Assembly: GCA_964353015.1 (NCBI GenBank)
Contig: CAYGUA010000006.1
Span: forward strand, 42,407 to 106,406
From: an uncultured Marinoscillum sp.
GTDB taxonomy: Bacteria; Bacteroidota; Bacteroidia; Cytophagales; Cyclobacteriaceae
DNA length: 64,000 nt
Direction of reading: 5' to 3'
Shown: positions 45,801 through 56,197 of the stretch, in pieces
Position numbering within the stretch: position 1 is the first letter of the stretch
Layout: each line of letters opens with the position of its first letter
Position numbers and translations under genes: made by a program
Notes under the pieces: generated by a model
Databases searched by the model: none
The model's input: the letters and a program-made list of their open reading frames with translations, nothing else
What the model was told of the DNA's origin: nothing

Positions 45801-47354
45801 ATGGCTCAGGTGAGGAATTCATTGACAAAAGAAACAAAATCTCAGAATGTACATCTGAGGCATTTGCAATTGTCCGATTACCCACAGGTCAAGGAGATCA
45901 TGATCAAAGTCTATGGGAATCTCAAAAAAACATATTGGGAAAAATTGGATATCAAAAGACTTTTGGAAATCTTTCCCGAAGGTCAACTATGTATCGAGTT
46001 GGATGGAAAAATGGTGGCCGCCGCGCTTGCTATCATAGTAGATTATAAAAAATTCGGAGATAATCACACCTATAGTCAGATCACTGGCCAAGAGACATTC
46101 AGCACGCATGACCCAGAGGGAAATGTGCTTTATGGCATTGATGTATTTGTGCATCCTGATCATCGAGGACTGAGACTTGGACGCAGATTATACGATGGAC
46201 GCAAGGAACTTTGCGAAAACCTGAATTTGAAATCGATAGTTGCTGGAGGCAGAATTCCCAATTATCAAAAACACGCTAAAGAATTTACTCCAAGAGAATA
46301 TATTCAAAAAGTAAGAGACAGAGAATTGAGAGATCCAATCCTAAATTTTCAGTTGCTCAATGATTTTCACGTTAAGAAAGTTCTTAAGAACTATTTGCCA
46401 GGAGATATAGAATCAAAGGAATACGCAACACTCCTGGAATGGAATAATATTTATTATCAGGAGAAAGAAACATTGATCAATGCACCTAGAACATATGTTC
46501 GCATTGGTCTGGCTCAGCTACAAATGAGACCGCTTTCCAACATTGATGCATTGGTAGATCAGATGGAATATTTCATTGATGCTTTTGGTGATTATCAATC
46601 TGATTTCATCCTTTTTCCCGAATTTTTTAATGCCCCATTAATGGCCGAATACAATCATCTGGGGCCAGCTGATGCGATTCGTGGTTTGGCTAAGTACACT
46701 GAGCCACTAAGAGATAAGTTTATTGAATTTGCCATCTCCTACAATGTCAATATCATCACAGGATCAATGCCTGAAATGATCGAGGACAAACTTTACAACA
46801 CTTCATTCCTGTGCAGACGTGACGGATCATGGGAAAGCACATCCAAAATTCATATCACACCAGGAGAAAAAAGTGCGTGGGGAATGTCTGGCGGTGACAA
46901 GGTGAAAGTTTTTGATACCGACTCAGGCAAAATTGGAATATTGATCTGTTATGATGTGGAGTTTCCGGAATTATCGCGTTTGTATGCAGAACAAGGCATG
47001 CAGATCCTTTTTGTTCCTTTTCTCACAGACACTCAAAATGGCTACAACAGAGTAAGATATTGTGCACAAGCCAGAGCGATCGAAAATGAATGTTATGTTG
47101 CCATCGCAGGTTGTGTTGGTAATCTCCCAAGAGTCAACAACATGGACATTCAGTATGCACAAAGTGCCATATTCACTCCATCAGATTTCGCTTTTCCTAC
47201 GAACGCTATCAAATCAGAAGCTACTGCCAATTCGGAAATGACTGTTATTGGTGATATTGATTTGGAATTATTGAAAGAACTTCATGAATTTGGAAGTGTA
47301 AGAAACCTGAAAGACCGAAGATTAGATCTGTATCAAATCAAATTGAAGAGTTGA
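45801..47354 (+). CDS. Bifunctional GNAT acetyltransferase / carbon-nitrogen hydrolase (nitrilase superfamily) fusion
   Basis: N-terminal GNAT (HPDHRGLRLGRRLY). C-terminal CN-hydrolase with the catalytic Cys context GILICYDVEFPE. Confidence 0.85.
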   Translation: MAQVRNSLTKETKSQNVHLRHLQLSDYPQVKEIMIKVYGNLKKTYWEKLDIKRLLEIFPEGQLCIELDGKMVAAALAIIVDYKKFGDNHTYSQITGQETFSTHDPEGNVLYGIDVFVHPDHRGLRLGRRLYDGRKELCENLNLKSIVAGGRIPNYQKHAKEFTPREYIQKVRDRELRDPILNFQLLNDFHVKKVLKNYLPGDIESKEYATLLEWNNIYYQEKETLINAPRTYVRIGLAQLQMRPLSNIDALVDQMEYFIDAFGDYQSDFILFPEFFNAPLMAEYNHLGPADAIRGLAKYTEPLRDKFIEFAISYNVNIITGSMPEMIEDKLYNTSFLCRRDGSWESTSKIHITPGEKSAWGMSGGDKVKVFDTDSGKIGILICYDVEFPELSRLYAEQGMQILFVPFLTDTQNGYNRVRYCAQARAIENECYVAIAGCVGNLPRVNNMDIQYAQSAIFTPSDFAFPTNAIKSEATANSEMTVIGDIDLELLKELHEFGSVRNLKDRRLDLYQIKLKS

Positions 47355-47383
47355 TACAGGCTGTAGATGAATCATAATAGGTT

Positions 47384-48367
47384 TTACCAGCTTTCGTGGA
47401 CATGCGGCTTGATATATTGATCATAGATTTTCTTGACGGCACTCATTTCCATATTTGTTAAAAATTCTCTCTTGATAGATTCAATATTGGAGTAAACCTG
47501 AGAAGGTCGGCTAGCTCCGGGAATTACTGTGCTTATTTCGTCAAACATCAAAATCCATTTGAGTGTCACTTCATACAATGCTTCAGTTTTAAAAGTTGTT
47601 TTCAAAGCATCAACAGCTTCAAAACCTGCTTTTAGAGGAACACCAGAAAATGTTTCTCCCTTGTCAAAAACCTCTCCGTTCCTATTGAAATTTCGGTGAT
47701 CATCCTTCTCAAAATTAGATTCAGAACTAAGCTTTCCTGAAAGCAATCCACTTGCCAATGGCACCCGAACGATGATTCCAATATCCCTGGATTTTAGAAT
47801 CTGAAAACATTGTTCTGCAGGTTTTTGTCGAAACATATTGAAGATGATCTGAACTGTTTCTATTACATCATATTCTGTCGCCTTTATAGCTTCTTCTACC
47901 TTTTCCACACTTACACCGAAATGTCTCACCTTGCCTGATGTCTTTATCTTTTCAAGCCTTTGGAAAATCTCATCCTTGAAATAAACAGCCGTAGGAGGAC
48001 AATGTAGCTGAACCAGATCCAAATATGCTAACCCAGTATTGGTTAGCGCTTCATCCACATATCTTTCAAGAATTTCAGGGGTATATCCTTCCGCCAAATG
48101 CGGATTAATGCGACGACCGATTTTGGTGGCAATATAGAGTTGATCCCGATTGGAAGCTACCAATTTCCCGACCACCTGTTCGCTTAGTTGATTGTCATAA
48201 ACATCAGCAGTATCCAAAAAATTAACGCCTTTCTCTAAGGCAGATTCGATAATTTCATTGGCAATTTTGAAATTAAAATCTTTACCCCAACCACCACCAA
48301 CCTGCCAGGTGCCTAAAGAAATTTCTGAAATGTTTAGATTGGTTTTTCCTAGTCTTCTATAATTCAC
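47384..48367 (-). CDS. Aldo/keto reductase
   Basis: MNYRRLGKTNLNISEISLGTWQVGG N-terminus, DTADVYD, and AKR-type length. Confidence 0.88.
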   Translation of the reverse strand: MNYRRLGKTNLNISEISLGTWQVGGGWGKDFNFKIANEIIESALEKGVNFLDTADVYDNQLSEQVVGKLVASNRDQLYIATKIGRRINPHLAEGYTPEILERYVDEALTNTGLAYLDLVQLHCPPTAVYFKDEIFQRLEKIKTSGKVRHFGVSVEKVEEAIKATEYDVIETVQIIFNMFRQKPAEQCFQILKSRDIGIIVRVPLASGLLSGKLSSESNFEKDDHRNFNRNGEVFDKGETFSGVPLKAGFEAVDALKTTFKTEALYEVTLKWILMFDEISTVIPGASRPSQVYSNIESIKREFLTNMEMSAVKKIYDQYIKPHVHESW

Positions 48368-48466
48368 CTTTATAAATTTTAGTCTATATCTGATTCAATT
48401 CTTCATCAAAAAATCATCAAATGATATTCGAAAGAATGTTTACTTTGGCTCAATCAAACGAAAATA

Positions 48467-49012
48467 ATGGAAAATAGAAAATTGGCAGTTTTTTGTGGAT
48501 CGAGAACAGGAAATGAACCTGTATTTTCAGAAGCGGGAAAAATCCTGGCTGCATACATGGTAAGCAAAAATATTGATCTCGTTTATGGTGGTGGAAAAGT
48601 CGGCTTGATGGGCGTAATCGCAGATGAGATTTTGCGTCTTGGTGGTAAGGTATATGGTGTCATTCCTGAAAAACTCATGAAAATGGAAGTAGGTCATACC
48701 GGAATCACAAATTTGCAAGTGGTGGATACTATGCATGAACGAAAAGCACGTATGGCAAATATGGCTGATGCTTTTTTAGCTATTCCAGGTGGTATTGGCA
48801 CACTTGAAGAAATTATTGAAGTGTTCACCTGGCAGCAAATTGGCTATCACAACAAACCCTGTGGTTTTCTAAACACCAATAATTACTACGACCATCTTTT
48901 TGCATTTTTCAATCAAATGGTAAATAAAGATTTTTTAACAGTTGATCATAAAAACAAGCTAATTGTAGAAGATGATGCGAAAACCATAATTGATCGGTTG
49001 TTTCCAGAATAA
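48467..49012 (+). CDS. LOG family (cytokinin riboside 5'-monophosphate phosphoribohydrolase-like, TIGR00730-type) protein
   Basis: GGGKVGLMG and PGGIGTLEE motifs. 181 aa. Confidence 0.88.
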   Translation: MENRKLAVFCGSRTGNEPVFSEAGKILAAYMVSKNIDLVYGGGKVGLMGVIADEILRLGGKVYGVIPEKLMKMEVGHTGITNLQVVDTMHERKARMANMADAFLAIPGGIGTLEEIIEVFTWQQIGYHNKPCGFLNTNNYYDHLFAFFNQMVNKDFLTVDHKNKLIVEDDAKTIIDRLFPE

Positions 49013-49329
49013 TCCTTTCAGCTACAGTGCGGATTTTATGTATGTTAATTCATTTGGAAAAGCATACATTTTGTTCATATTAGGGTAATCTTTTTTTAAT
49101 GTTTGACTAATTTACGGACAGAAAAAAAGTAACCACATCCTTTGATCCACGTGAAAAAGCAAAAGTATAAATGGGACAACTTCTTCCTCGGAATAGAAGT
49201 GGCTGCTTTTATATTATTTCTTTCTTTTATTGTCCTCAATAGCATATTCAAGTTTATTGGATAATTTTCCTCATCAGTATTTCATATCTTAACCTTAGTA
49301 GTAAGTTTATTCATCCTAATTCAGTTCAA

Positions 49330-51660
49330 GTGACTCGAAAGATCATTCTACTTATTTGTCTTTTGATTTTCTCTGAAATCATTCAGGCTCAGGTAGTAAA
49401 ACACGGGTTGGCACAATTCGATTCCCTAGAAAATCCAGTAAAGCTGGATGGTGAATGGGAATATTATCCAAATCAAATTTTAAATACGGGTGAATTTGAT
49501 TCATCAATAGAAAAATCATATCGAAACTTTCCGGGGACATGGGATATGCCCATAGGATATGCCACTTATAGAATGGCTTTGATCCTAAATCCAAAGGGTC
49601 AATGGGCGTTAAAAACACCGCCGCTTTATGGTGCCTTTGAATGTTATTTGAATGGAAATCTCATTTCCAAAAACGGGAAAGTCGGCAAAACCGAAGAAAC
49701 AAATTCTCCAAGATGGGAGCAAATCACTGTACACCTAGAAAACTCAATCCTTCGTGATACCAATGAATTGGTAATTCACATTGCCAATTTTCGGCACAGT
49801 AGAGGAGGACCCGTGGATAGCATTATTTTAGGTCCGAATGACGCATTGATGAAAGGAAAAGATTTGATAGAAAAATTTGATTCTTTTCTTACTGGAGCCC
49901 TCATCATGGGTGGATTATTTTTCCTTGGTCTGTTCCTCTATGGAAAACAACAGCGAAACATCCTGTATTTCTCCTTACTCTGTATTTCCTTTTCCTATTA
50001 TATCATCGGCAGTTCAAATTATGTTTTGAATGGCCTTTACCCTGATCTACCGTGGTGGCTCACATCCCGTCTTGAATATATTTCGCTCTATCTGTCTATA
50101 ATTTTTATTGCGAAATTCACCGAAAGCACTTATCCCGAGGAAACACCAAAAATCATCAATCGGCCGTTTACTTATATGGCCATATTTTATTTGGCACTTC
50201 CTATTTTCACGCCAATATCAGTATTTACGTCGCTTCATATTTATTTCTTGTATGTCACGATCTTCATGTTGATTGTTGCCATTTACATCTATGCCAGAGC
50301 CGCAATCAACAAAAGAACAGGATCGATATACTCACTAATTAGCACTTCGATATTGATGGTGGTTTTACTGTTAAGAGCGATGAATGTTTTAGAAATCTAC
50401 ACTGCTCCTATCTACATCATTCCACTTGGATACATGATTTTCTTTTTTCTTCATTCTCTTACATTATCTCAACAGTTTGCCATCAATTGGCAAAATGCCA
50501 AGGAAGATGCCGAAGCTTCATTGAAGGCAAAATCAGAATTTCTCTCAATTATGTCTCACGAGATTCGCACACCTCTGAATGGTGTGATCGGCATGGTACA
50601 CCATTTACTGATGAGTCAGCCCAGAGCTGATCAAGTGGAAACGATCAATTCGCTCAAGTTCTCCTCAGACAACCTTCTCAGCTTGATCAATAACATCCTT
50701 GATTTCAACAAAATTGAGGCTGGTAAAATTGAATTTTCCAATAATACCTTTGATCTTAAGGAGCTTGGCAACAACATCATTTCAGGATTCAAACCGCAGG
50801 CTGAGCAGAAAGAAAATAATATAAATTTTGTTTGCGTGACACCTCATGATTTGATTGTGAAAAGCGACAAAGGAAAATTATCTCAAGTACTTTCTAATCT
50901 GATCAGCAATGCAGTGAAGTTTACTAAAAACGGATCAATCACTCTTGCAATAGAAGAATTAGACAGATCAGAAAAAGAAGTAACTGTCAGGTTCAAAGTA
51001 TCTGACACTGGAATTGGCATTGAACCCAGCAAAATGAATATGATTTTTGATACTTTCAGTCAGGCTGATTCTAATATTCATGAAAATTACGGTGGGACAG
51101 GATTAGGGCTTACCATTTCCAAAAAACTCCTTCAACTGCAGGGAAGTGACATTCAGGTAAAAAGCAAGATTGGAAAAGGTTCAGAATTCTCATTTGAACA
51201 GATTTTTACCATCGGTGACAACATAAAATCAATGAAATCAAACAAAACAAACCCATTGCTAGCTGAATCATATCTCACTGGATACAACATTCTTCTTGTT
51301 GAAGACAATGCGATGAACGTCCTGGTGGTTCGTAAATACTTAAACAATTGGGATGCTACTTGCACACTTGCCAACGATGGTCAGGAAGCCATCGATATTT
51401 ATAACGATAAGCTAATCGATGCAATATTGATGGATATCCAAATGCCAATTTTAGATGGATATGAAACAACCAGAAAATTAAGAAGCAATGGTGTGAAAGT
51501 GCCAATTATCGCTTTAACAGCCGCGGCATCAGATGACATCACCAAAAAAGTAGAAGAATCAGGCATGGATGATTTCATCATTAAGCCTTATCATCCGGAG
51601 GAACTATTTCAAAAATTAAGAGCCCATTTAACAATGGAGCCTAAATCATTGAAGAAATAG
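49330..51660 (+). CDS. Hybrid sensor histidine kinase / response regulator with 7TMR-DISM sensor
   Basis: GTG start. Signal peptide. DISMED2-like domain ([13 protein letters not shown]...[12 protein letters not shown]) and about 7 TM helices. H-box [11 protein letters not shown], HATPase_c motifs (NAVKFT, DTGIGI, GGTGLGL) and a C-terminal REC ([18 protein letters not shown]). Confidence 0.9.
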   Translation: MTRKIILLICLLIFSEIIQAQVVKHGLAQFDSLENPVKLDGEWEYYPNQILNTGEFDSSIEKSYRNFPGTWDMPIGYATYRMALILNPKGQWALKTPPLYGAFECYLNGNLISKNGKVGKTEETNSPRWEQITVHLENSILRDTNELVIHIANFRHSRGGPVDSIILGPNDALMKGKDLIEKFDSFLTGALIMGGLFFLGLFLYGKQQRNILYFSLLCISFSYYIIGSSNYVLNGLYPDLPWWLTSRLEYISLYLSIIFIAKFTESTYPEETPKIINRPFTYMAIFYLALPIFTPISVFTSLHIYFLYVTIFMLIVAIYIYARAAINKRTGSIYSLISTSILMVVLLLRAMNVLEIYTAPIYIIPLGYMIFFFLHSLTLSQQFAINWQNAKEDAEASLKAKSEFLSIMSHEIRTPLNGVIGMVHHLLMSQPRADQVETINSLKFSSDNLLSLINNILDFNKIEAGKIEFSNNTFDLKELGNNIISGFKPQAEQKENNINFVCVTPHDLIVKSDKGKLSQVLSNLISNAVKFTKNGSITLAIEELDRSEKEVTVRFKVSDTGIGIEPSKMNMIFDTFSQADSNIHENYGGTGLGLTISKKLLQLQGSDIQVKSKIGKGSEFSFEQIFTIGDNIKSMKSNKTNPLLAESYLTGYNILLVEDNAMNVLVVRKYLNNWDATCTLANDGQEAIDIYNDKLIDAILMDIQMPILDGYETTRKLRSNGVKVPIIALTAAASDDITKKVEESGMDDFIIKPYHPEELFQKLRAHLTMEPKSLKK

Positions 51661-51729
51661 TTTTTGTGAATTCACCCCTCCTTTATTACCATAATACCCA
51701 AACATCTATCACTTCTCGGTGATTTTATC

Positions 51730-51756
51730 AAAGAGCTAATGCATGCGCTCTTTTTT
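51730..51756 (+). terminator. Intrinsic terminator about 70 nt after the hybrid kinase
   Basis: AAAGAGC-taatgcatgc-GCTCTTT followed by TTT. Confidence 0.6.
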
Positions 51757-51802
51757 CATGCATCAAAGAGTCAAACCGAGATAATGATTTTAGATTTGCC
51801 AC

Positions 51803-54076
51803 ATGGCAAGTGAAGATCAGGCATTTTATCTGGAGGAGTTAAATCCCCCACAAAAAGAAGGAGTAATAAACACGGAAGGACCAACAATGCTTATAGCTGG
51901 AGCAGGTTCTGGAAAAACCCGTGTTTTGACTTACAGAATCGCACATCTGATCAGACATCACAAGGTAGATCCTTTCAATATCATGGCGCTAACATTTACA
52001 AACAAAGCAGCCAAAGAAATGCGAAACAGGATTGAGTCGATCGTAGGTGGAGAAGCCAGAAATCTGTGGATGGGTACATTTCACTCTGTTTTTGCAAGAA
52101 TATTGAGATCTGAAGCTGGCAGACTGGGCTACCCGAGCAACTTCACCATTTATGATACGGATGACTCCAAAACCTTGATCAAGCAGATAGTAAAAGAACT
52201 CAATCTGGATGACAAACTTTACAAAACGAACCTGGTGTACAACAGGATTTCTGCTGCTAAAAATAGATTGGTTTCATGGCAGGAATATATGCGTGATCCG
52301 ATCTACGAAGAGGATGATGCCGCCAACCGCCGACCTGAAATGGGTAAGCTTTATAAAATTTACTCTCAAAGATGTTTCCAGGCAGATGCCATGGATTTTG
52401 ATGACTTGCTTTATCAAACGAATATTTTGTTTCGGGATCATGTAGATGTACTCAACAAATACCAGCATCGCTTTCATTATCTATTAATCGACGAGTTTCA
52501 GGATACAAATATTTCACAATATGTGATCGCCAGAAAACTAGCTGCGGTTCGACAAAATATTGCTGTGGTTGGTGACGATGCACAGAGTATTTACGCTTTT
52601 CGTGGAGCTGACATCCAAAATATTTTGAATTTTGAGCGGGATTATCCTGATCTCAAAATCATCAAACTAGAGCAAAATTACAGATCCACTAAGACCATTG
52701 TGGAAGCTGCAAATTCGGTGATAAATAAAAACACAGCGCAACTCAAAAAAAGCGTCTGGACAAGCAATGAAGATGGTGAACTCATTGAATTGATCAAAGC
52801 TACCACGGATAATGAAGAAGGAAAATTAGTCGCCTCCTCCATTTTCGAAACCAAAATGAAAAATCAGGCTGGTAATAATGAATTTGCCATTCTTTATAGA
52901 ACAAACAGCCAATCAAGAGCGATGGAAGAAGCCTTGAGAAGAAATAATCTTAAGTATAGAGTAGTGGGTGGGTTGTCTTTTTATCAAAGGAAAGAAATCA
53001 AAGATTTGATTGGCTATCTGAGATTCATTGTGAATCCAAATGATGAGCAAGCCATGCGCCGAATCATCAATTTGCCCAAAAGGGGAATAGGACCTGGAAC
53101 TATCGAAAAAATGGTAATTGCTGCAAATGAAGAAAATAAATCTTTAGGTGAAATTCTTAATAGAGCTACCTCTTTTGTAGGTGGGCGTGGCGGAACGCAA
53201 GTAGAAAATTTTGCAGCATTGATCAAAAGTTTCAGACTGACAAATGAGAAAAAAGATGCCTACGAAACAGCTGCACATGTCGCCAAAACTTCCGGCTTGC
53301 TCAAGGAACTCTATGAAGATAAAACCATAGAAGGCCTAAGCCGGTATGAAAATGTGCAGGAACTTCTGAATGCAATTAAGGAATTTACCGATGATGCGGA
53401 GCGGGAAGACAAAAGCCTGAGTGCTTTCTTACAAGAAGTAACCTTACTGACTGACGAGGATCGATCTGAAAATCCAGATGAGGCCATCACTTTGATGACG
53501 ATACATAGCTCCAAAGGATTGGAATTTAATTATGTCTATATCGTAGGCATGGAAGAGGAATTATTTCCTTCGCAAATGATGCTCAGCAGTCGTGCTGATC
53601 TGGAGGAGGAAAGAAGACTTTTCTATGTCGCCATTACCAGAGCCAAAAAGAAAATCAACATGAGCTATGCGCTAAGTCGATACAGATTTGGCACGCTTCG
53701 CAATTGCGAACCGAGTAGATTTTTGGAAGAAGTAGATGCGCAATACATCAAAATCAATAAAAAATTCAGCACTACAGCTCCGCTCAGTTCAGCGGATAGC
53801 TATATCACCAAAAACTTTGTCAATAACCTGAAAAAGGACAAAGTGAACAGGCAATTTGCCTCAACTCCCGATCATAAGCCTAGTGCTGATTTCAAACCAT
53901 CTGATACGTCCACACTCACCGCAGGGATGAAAGTAGAACATCCAAAATTTGGTTTTGGATCAGTGAGCCAAATAGATGAGGATGGAGCCAACCGTAAGGC
54001 CAAAGTGAATTTTGATTCCGCTGGTGAAAAAACCTTACTACTCAGTTTTGCCAAGTTGCGAATCATAGAAGAATAA
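51803..54076 (+). CDS. uvrD: ATP-dependent DNA helicase, UvrD/PcrA/Rep family
   Basis: Walker A AGAGSGKT, motif II DEFQDTN, QNYRS and TIHSSKGLEF. The C-terminal small beta-domain (GMKVEHPKFGFGSV) is typical of housekeeping PcrA/UvrD. Confidence 0.92.
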   Translation: MASEDQAFYLEELNPPQKEGVINTEGPTMLIAGAGSGKTRVLTYRIAHLIRHHKVDPFNIMALTFTNKAAKEMRNRIESIVGGEARNLWMGTFHSVFARILRSEAGRLGYPSNFTIYDTDDSKTLIKQIVKELNLDDKLYKTNLVYNRISAAKNRLVSWQEYMRDPIYEEDDAANRRPEMGKLYKIYSQRCFQADAMDFDDLLYQTNILFRDHVDVLNKYQHRFHYLLIDEFQDTNISQYVIARKLAAVRQNIAVVGDDAQSIYAFRGADIQNILNFERDYPDLKIIKLEQNYRSTKTIVEAANSVINKNTAQLKKSVWTSNEDGELIELIKATTDNEEGKLVASSIFETKMKNQAGNNEFAILYRTNSQSRAMEEALRRNNLKYRVVGGLSFYQRKEIKDLIGYLRFIVNPNDEQAMRRIINLPKRGIGPGTIEKMVIAANEENKSLGEILNRATSFVGGRGGTQVENFAALIKSFRLTNEKKDAYETAAHVAKTSGLLKELYEDKTIEGLSRYENVQELLNAIKEFTDDAEREDKSLSAFLQEVTLLTDEDRSENPDEAITLMTIHSSKGLEFNYVYIVGMEEELFPSQMMLSSRADLEEERRLFYVAITRAKKKINMSYALSRYRFGTLRNCEPSRFLEEVDAQYIKINKKFSTTAPLSSADSYITKNFVNNLKKDKVNRQFASTPDHKPSADFKPSDTSTLTAGMKVEHPKFGFGSVSQIDEDGANRKAKVNFDSAGEKTLLLSFAKLRIIEE

Positions 54077-54201
54077 GTTTGATTTGAATTTAATATTTCT
54101 CATATTGAAAATTCAAGGTATTTCAATAAATTGAATTTTTATTACTATTTCATTCAATATAATTAACATATCATTGAATGAAAAGCAATATTTTATTCTA
54201 T

Positions 54202-54235
54202 AATTGCAAATATTTACAATTAAATATTTGCAATT
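54202..54235. promoter_or_regulatory. Perfect 15-bp-arm inverted repeat abutting the GTG start of the cNMP-binding acyltransferase gene
   Basis: AATTGCAAATATTTA-caat-TAAATATTTGCAATT occupies 54202-54235. The next nucleotide begins the GTG start codon at 54236. It could be an operator or an mRNA 5' hairpin; its function is not established. Confidence 0.5.
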
Positions 54236-56197
54236 GTGAAGCTACCCGAATTTGAACTTCTTGCTCCTGTTTACGACGAGGCTCACGAAATATTTCTCAA
54301 TCAGGGAGACATACTTACGGAGCAATTCGCCAAGGCGGATTATTTCTATTTTCTGATTGAAGGAGAAGTCAGTTTTTTCCTAAATGTCGAAGAAGGACTT
54401 GAAGAACTTCAGGTTGGCAATACAAATGAACCAATGACTCCCATTGGCTGGAGTGGACTTATTTCCCCAAACAGATATGCTTCAACATCAAAAATATCTT
54501 CTACAACAGCCAAGCTTTTGTGTTGGGAGTTTTCAGCACTGGAAGAAAAACTCAAGGACAATGATCTCAGCAATGCATTGATCAAACTTATTTGCTCAAG
54601 ATGTACCTTTCTGATTAGAGAAGCCATTGATTTGCTGAGTTCTTTTTCACCAAACATAACAGGAGAACAGGCGCTTGTTTCTCTGGAAGAATTTCAAAAT
54701 ACACGACTACCTGAAGAACAGGATATTGTTCAATTCTTAAGAAAATCTCCATTTTTCGAAATCTTCGAAGAAGATCAGCTGGAATTCCTCGCGAGACATG
54801 TAGAAAGACGTCAATTCCGAGTGAACGATACTGTATACGAGCAGGAAAATATGATCGAAGGGATTTATATATTAGTTTCTGGGAAAATCACTTTCACATA
54901 CACTGATCCGCAAGACAAGACAATCGGATTTCGAAATATGAATACTCCTGGATTCATGGTAGGATGGACTGCTTCAATCGGAGCAAAAACCCTCATGAAC
55001 GCCACCGCATTACAGGAATCTGTTTTGTATTACATACCAACAACCGCCCTACTGTGGATTTCGAACCGTGATTCCAATTTCGCAAGAGAGTTTCATTACA
55101 GATTGCTTTGGTTGATAGGGCATCAACTTCAGGCGATCCGGACGCGATTCATTTCGCTAAAATTCAACAGAGAAATCATAGCCATCAGCAATCTGATAGA
55201 GCAAAACAGTACAAATTTAGATTTGTGGTCCCCTTTGCATAAAGTGCCACATTTACTTCAAAACAAACTCACCATAGAAAATGCTGTGGATATTCTCACC
55301 AAGCTGAAGCAAGATGGAGATGCGCTGGAAAGAAACATTTCTTCCCTTTGCCTTGACACCATGAATGAGGTGACTAAAGAGTTGAAATTTTATTCCGGCC
55401 TGGTTGGCGTATATCAGTCAGTAGTAAAGCAGCCAGAAAATAAGCCTGCAGATGAAGTGAGAAAAATCTGTGCTGAAAATTTTTCCAAAGTATTCGAAAA
55501 TACATCTACAATAATTTCCGGCTGGTCAAACCTGCCAGACGAACCTGGTCACATATTCATTTATAACCATCTGAGAAATCATCCATACAACACCTTACCA
55601 AACAATTTTCAAATAACTCTGGATTCTCATTTCATCAGTTCGGAAATCCTTTATAAAAAATATGGTGATCCGGGAATTAGAATTGTGAGGATTGGGCGAG
55701 GCGGTGAGTACGCACATCAGGATTATTATCAGAGACTTGGACATATCGATGTTTACACCAATGAATCTGATCCAAAAACCAATACAAAAGAATATCGTGA
55801 TGAGAAAAGAAAGGAATTTTACGATTTCGCGCAATCGTATTTAAGGAATAAAAACAATTTGTTGATCAGTCCTGAAGGCACCTCTTTTAGCACGGAAGAA
55901 TCTCCGGGAGCCTTTAAATCCGGGGCTTTTAGGCTCGCCTTGAATTGCAATCCTGAGCCACTCATCGTTCCCATATCCATTGCTAACTTTGATAAGAGGG
56001 TAAGGAAAAATACTTTTTCAGTAATTATCAACAAACCATTTAAAGTAAGCGAGTACATCAAAGACACACAAAGCAAAACCGACATGAAAATTTTCCTCAA
56101 GGATCTAAGAAAAAAATACTCCGACTATGTGGGAGAAGCGGTTTTGCAATCAACCGAACAAATTAAAAAGTCCGCCAATGGAAGAACAGGGGTTTGA
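54236..56197 (+). CDS. Fusion protein: two cyclic-nucleotide-binding-like domains plus a helical linker plus a lysophospholipid acyltransferase (PlsC/LPLAT-like) domain
   Basis: cNMP-type beta-barrel patterns occur at about aa 1-115 (GDILTEQFAKADYFYFLIEGEVSF...PIGWSGLISPNRYASTS) and about aa 165-285 (SPFFEIFEEDQLEFLARH...IYILVSGKITF). LPLAT motifs occur at aa 444 (YNH), 546 (SPEGTS), 560 (FKSGAFRLA) and 575 (PLIVPISI). There is a GTG start and no in-frame ATG until residue 67. Confidence 0.7.
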   Translation: MKLPEFELLAPVYDEAHEIFLNQGDILTEQFAKADYFYFLIEGEVSFFLNVEEGLEELQVGNTNEPMTPIGWSGLISPNRYASTSKISSTTAKLLCWEFSALEEKLKDNDLSNALIKLICSRCTFLIREAIDLLSSFSPNITGEQALVSLEEFQNTRLPEEQDIVQFLRKSPFFEIFEEDQLEFLARHVERRQFRVNDTVYEQENMIEGIYILVSGKITFTYTDPQDKTIGFRNMNTPGFMVGWTASIGAKTLMNATALQESVLYYIPTTALLWISNRDSNFAREFHYRLLWLIGHQLQAIRTRFISLKFNREIIAISNLIEQNSTNLDLWSPLHKVPHLLQNKLTIENAVDILTKLKQDGDALERNISSLCLDTMNEVTKELKFYSGLVGVYQSVVKQPENKPADEVRKICAENFSKVFENTSTIISGWSNLPDEPGHIFIYNHLRNHPYNTLPNNFQITLDSHFISSEILYKKYGDPGIRIVRIGRGGEYAHQDYYQRLGHIDVYTNESDPKTNTKEYRDEKRKEFYDFAQSYLRNKNNLLISPEGTSFSTEESPGAFKSGAFRLALNCNPEPLIVPISIANFDKRVRKNTFSVIINKPFKVSEYIKDTQSKTDMKIFLKDLRKKYSDYVGEAVLQSTEQIKKSANGRTGV

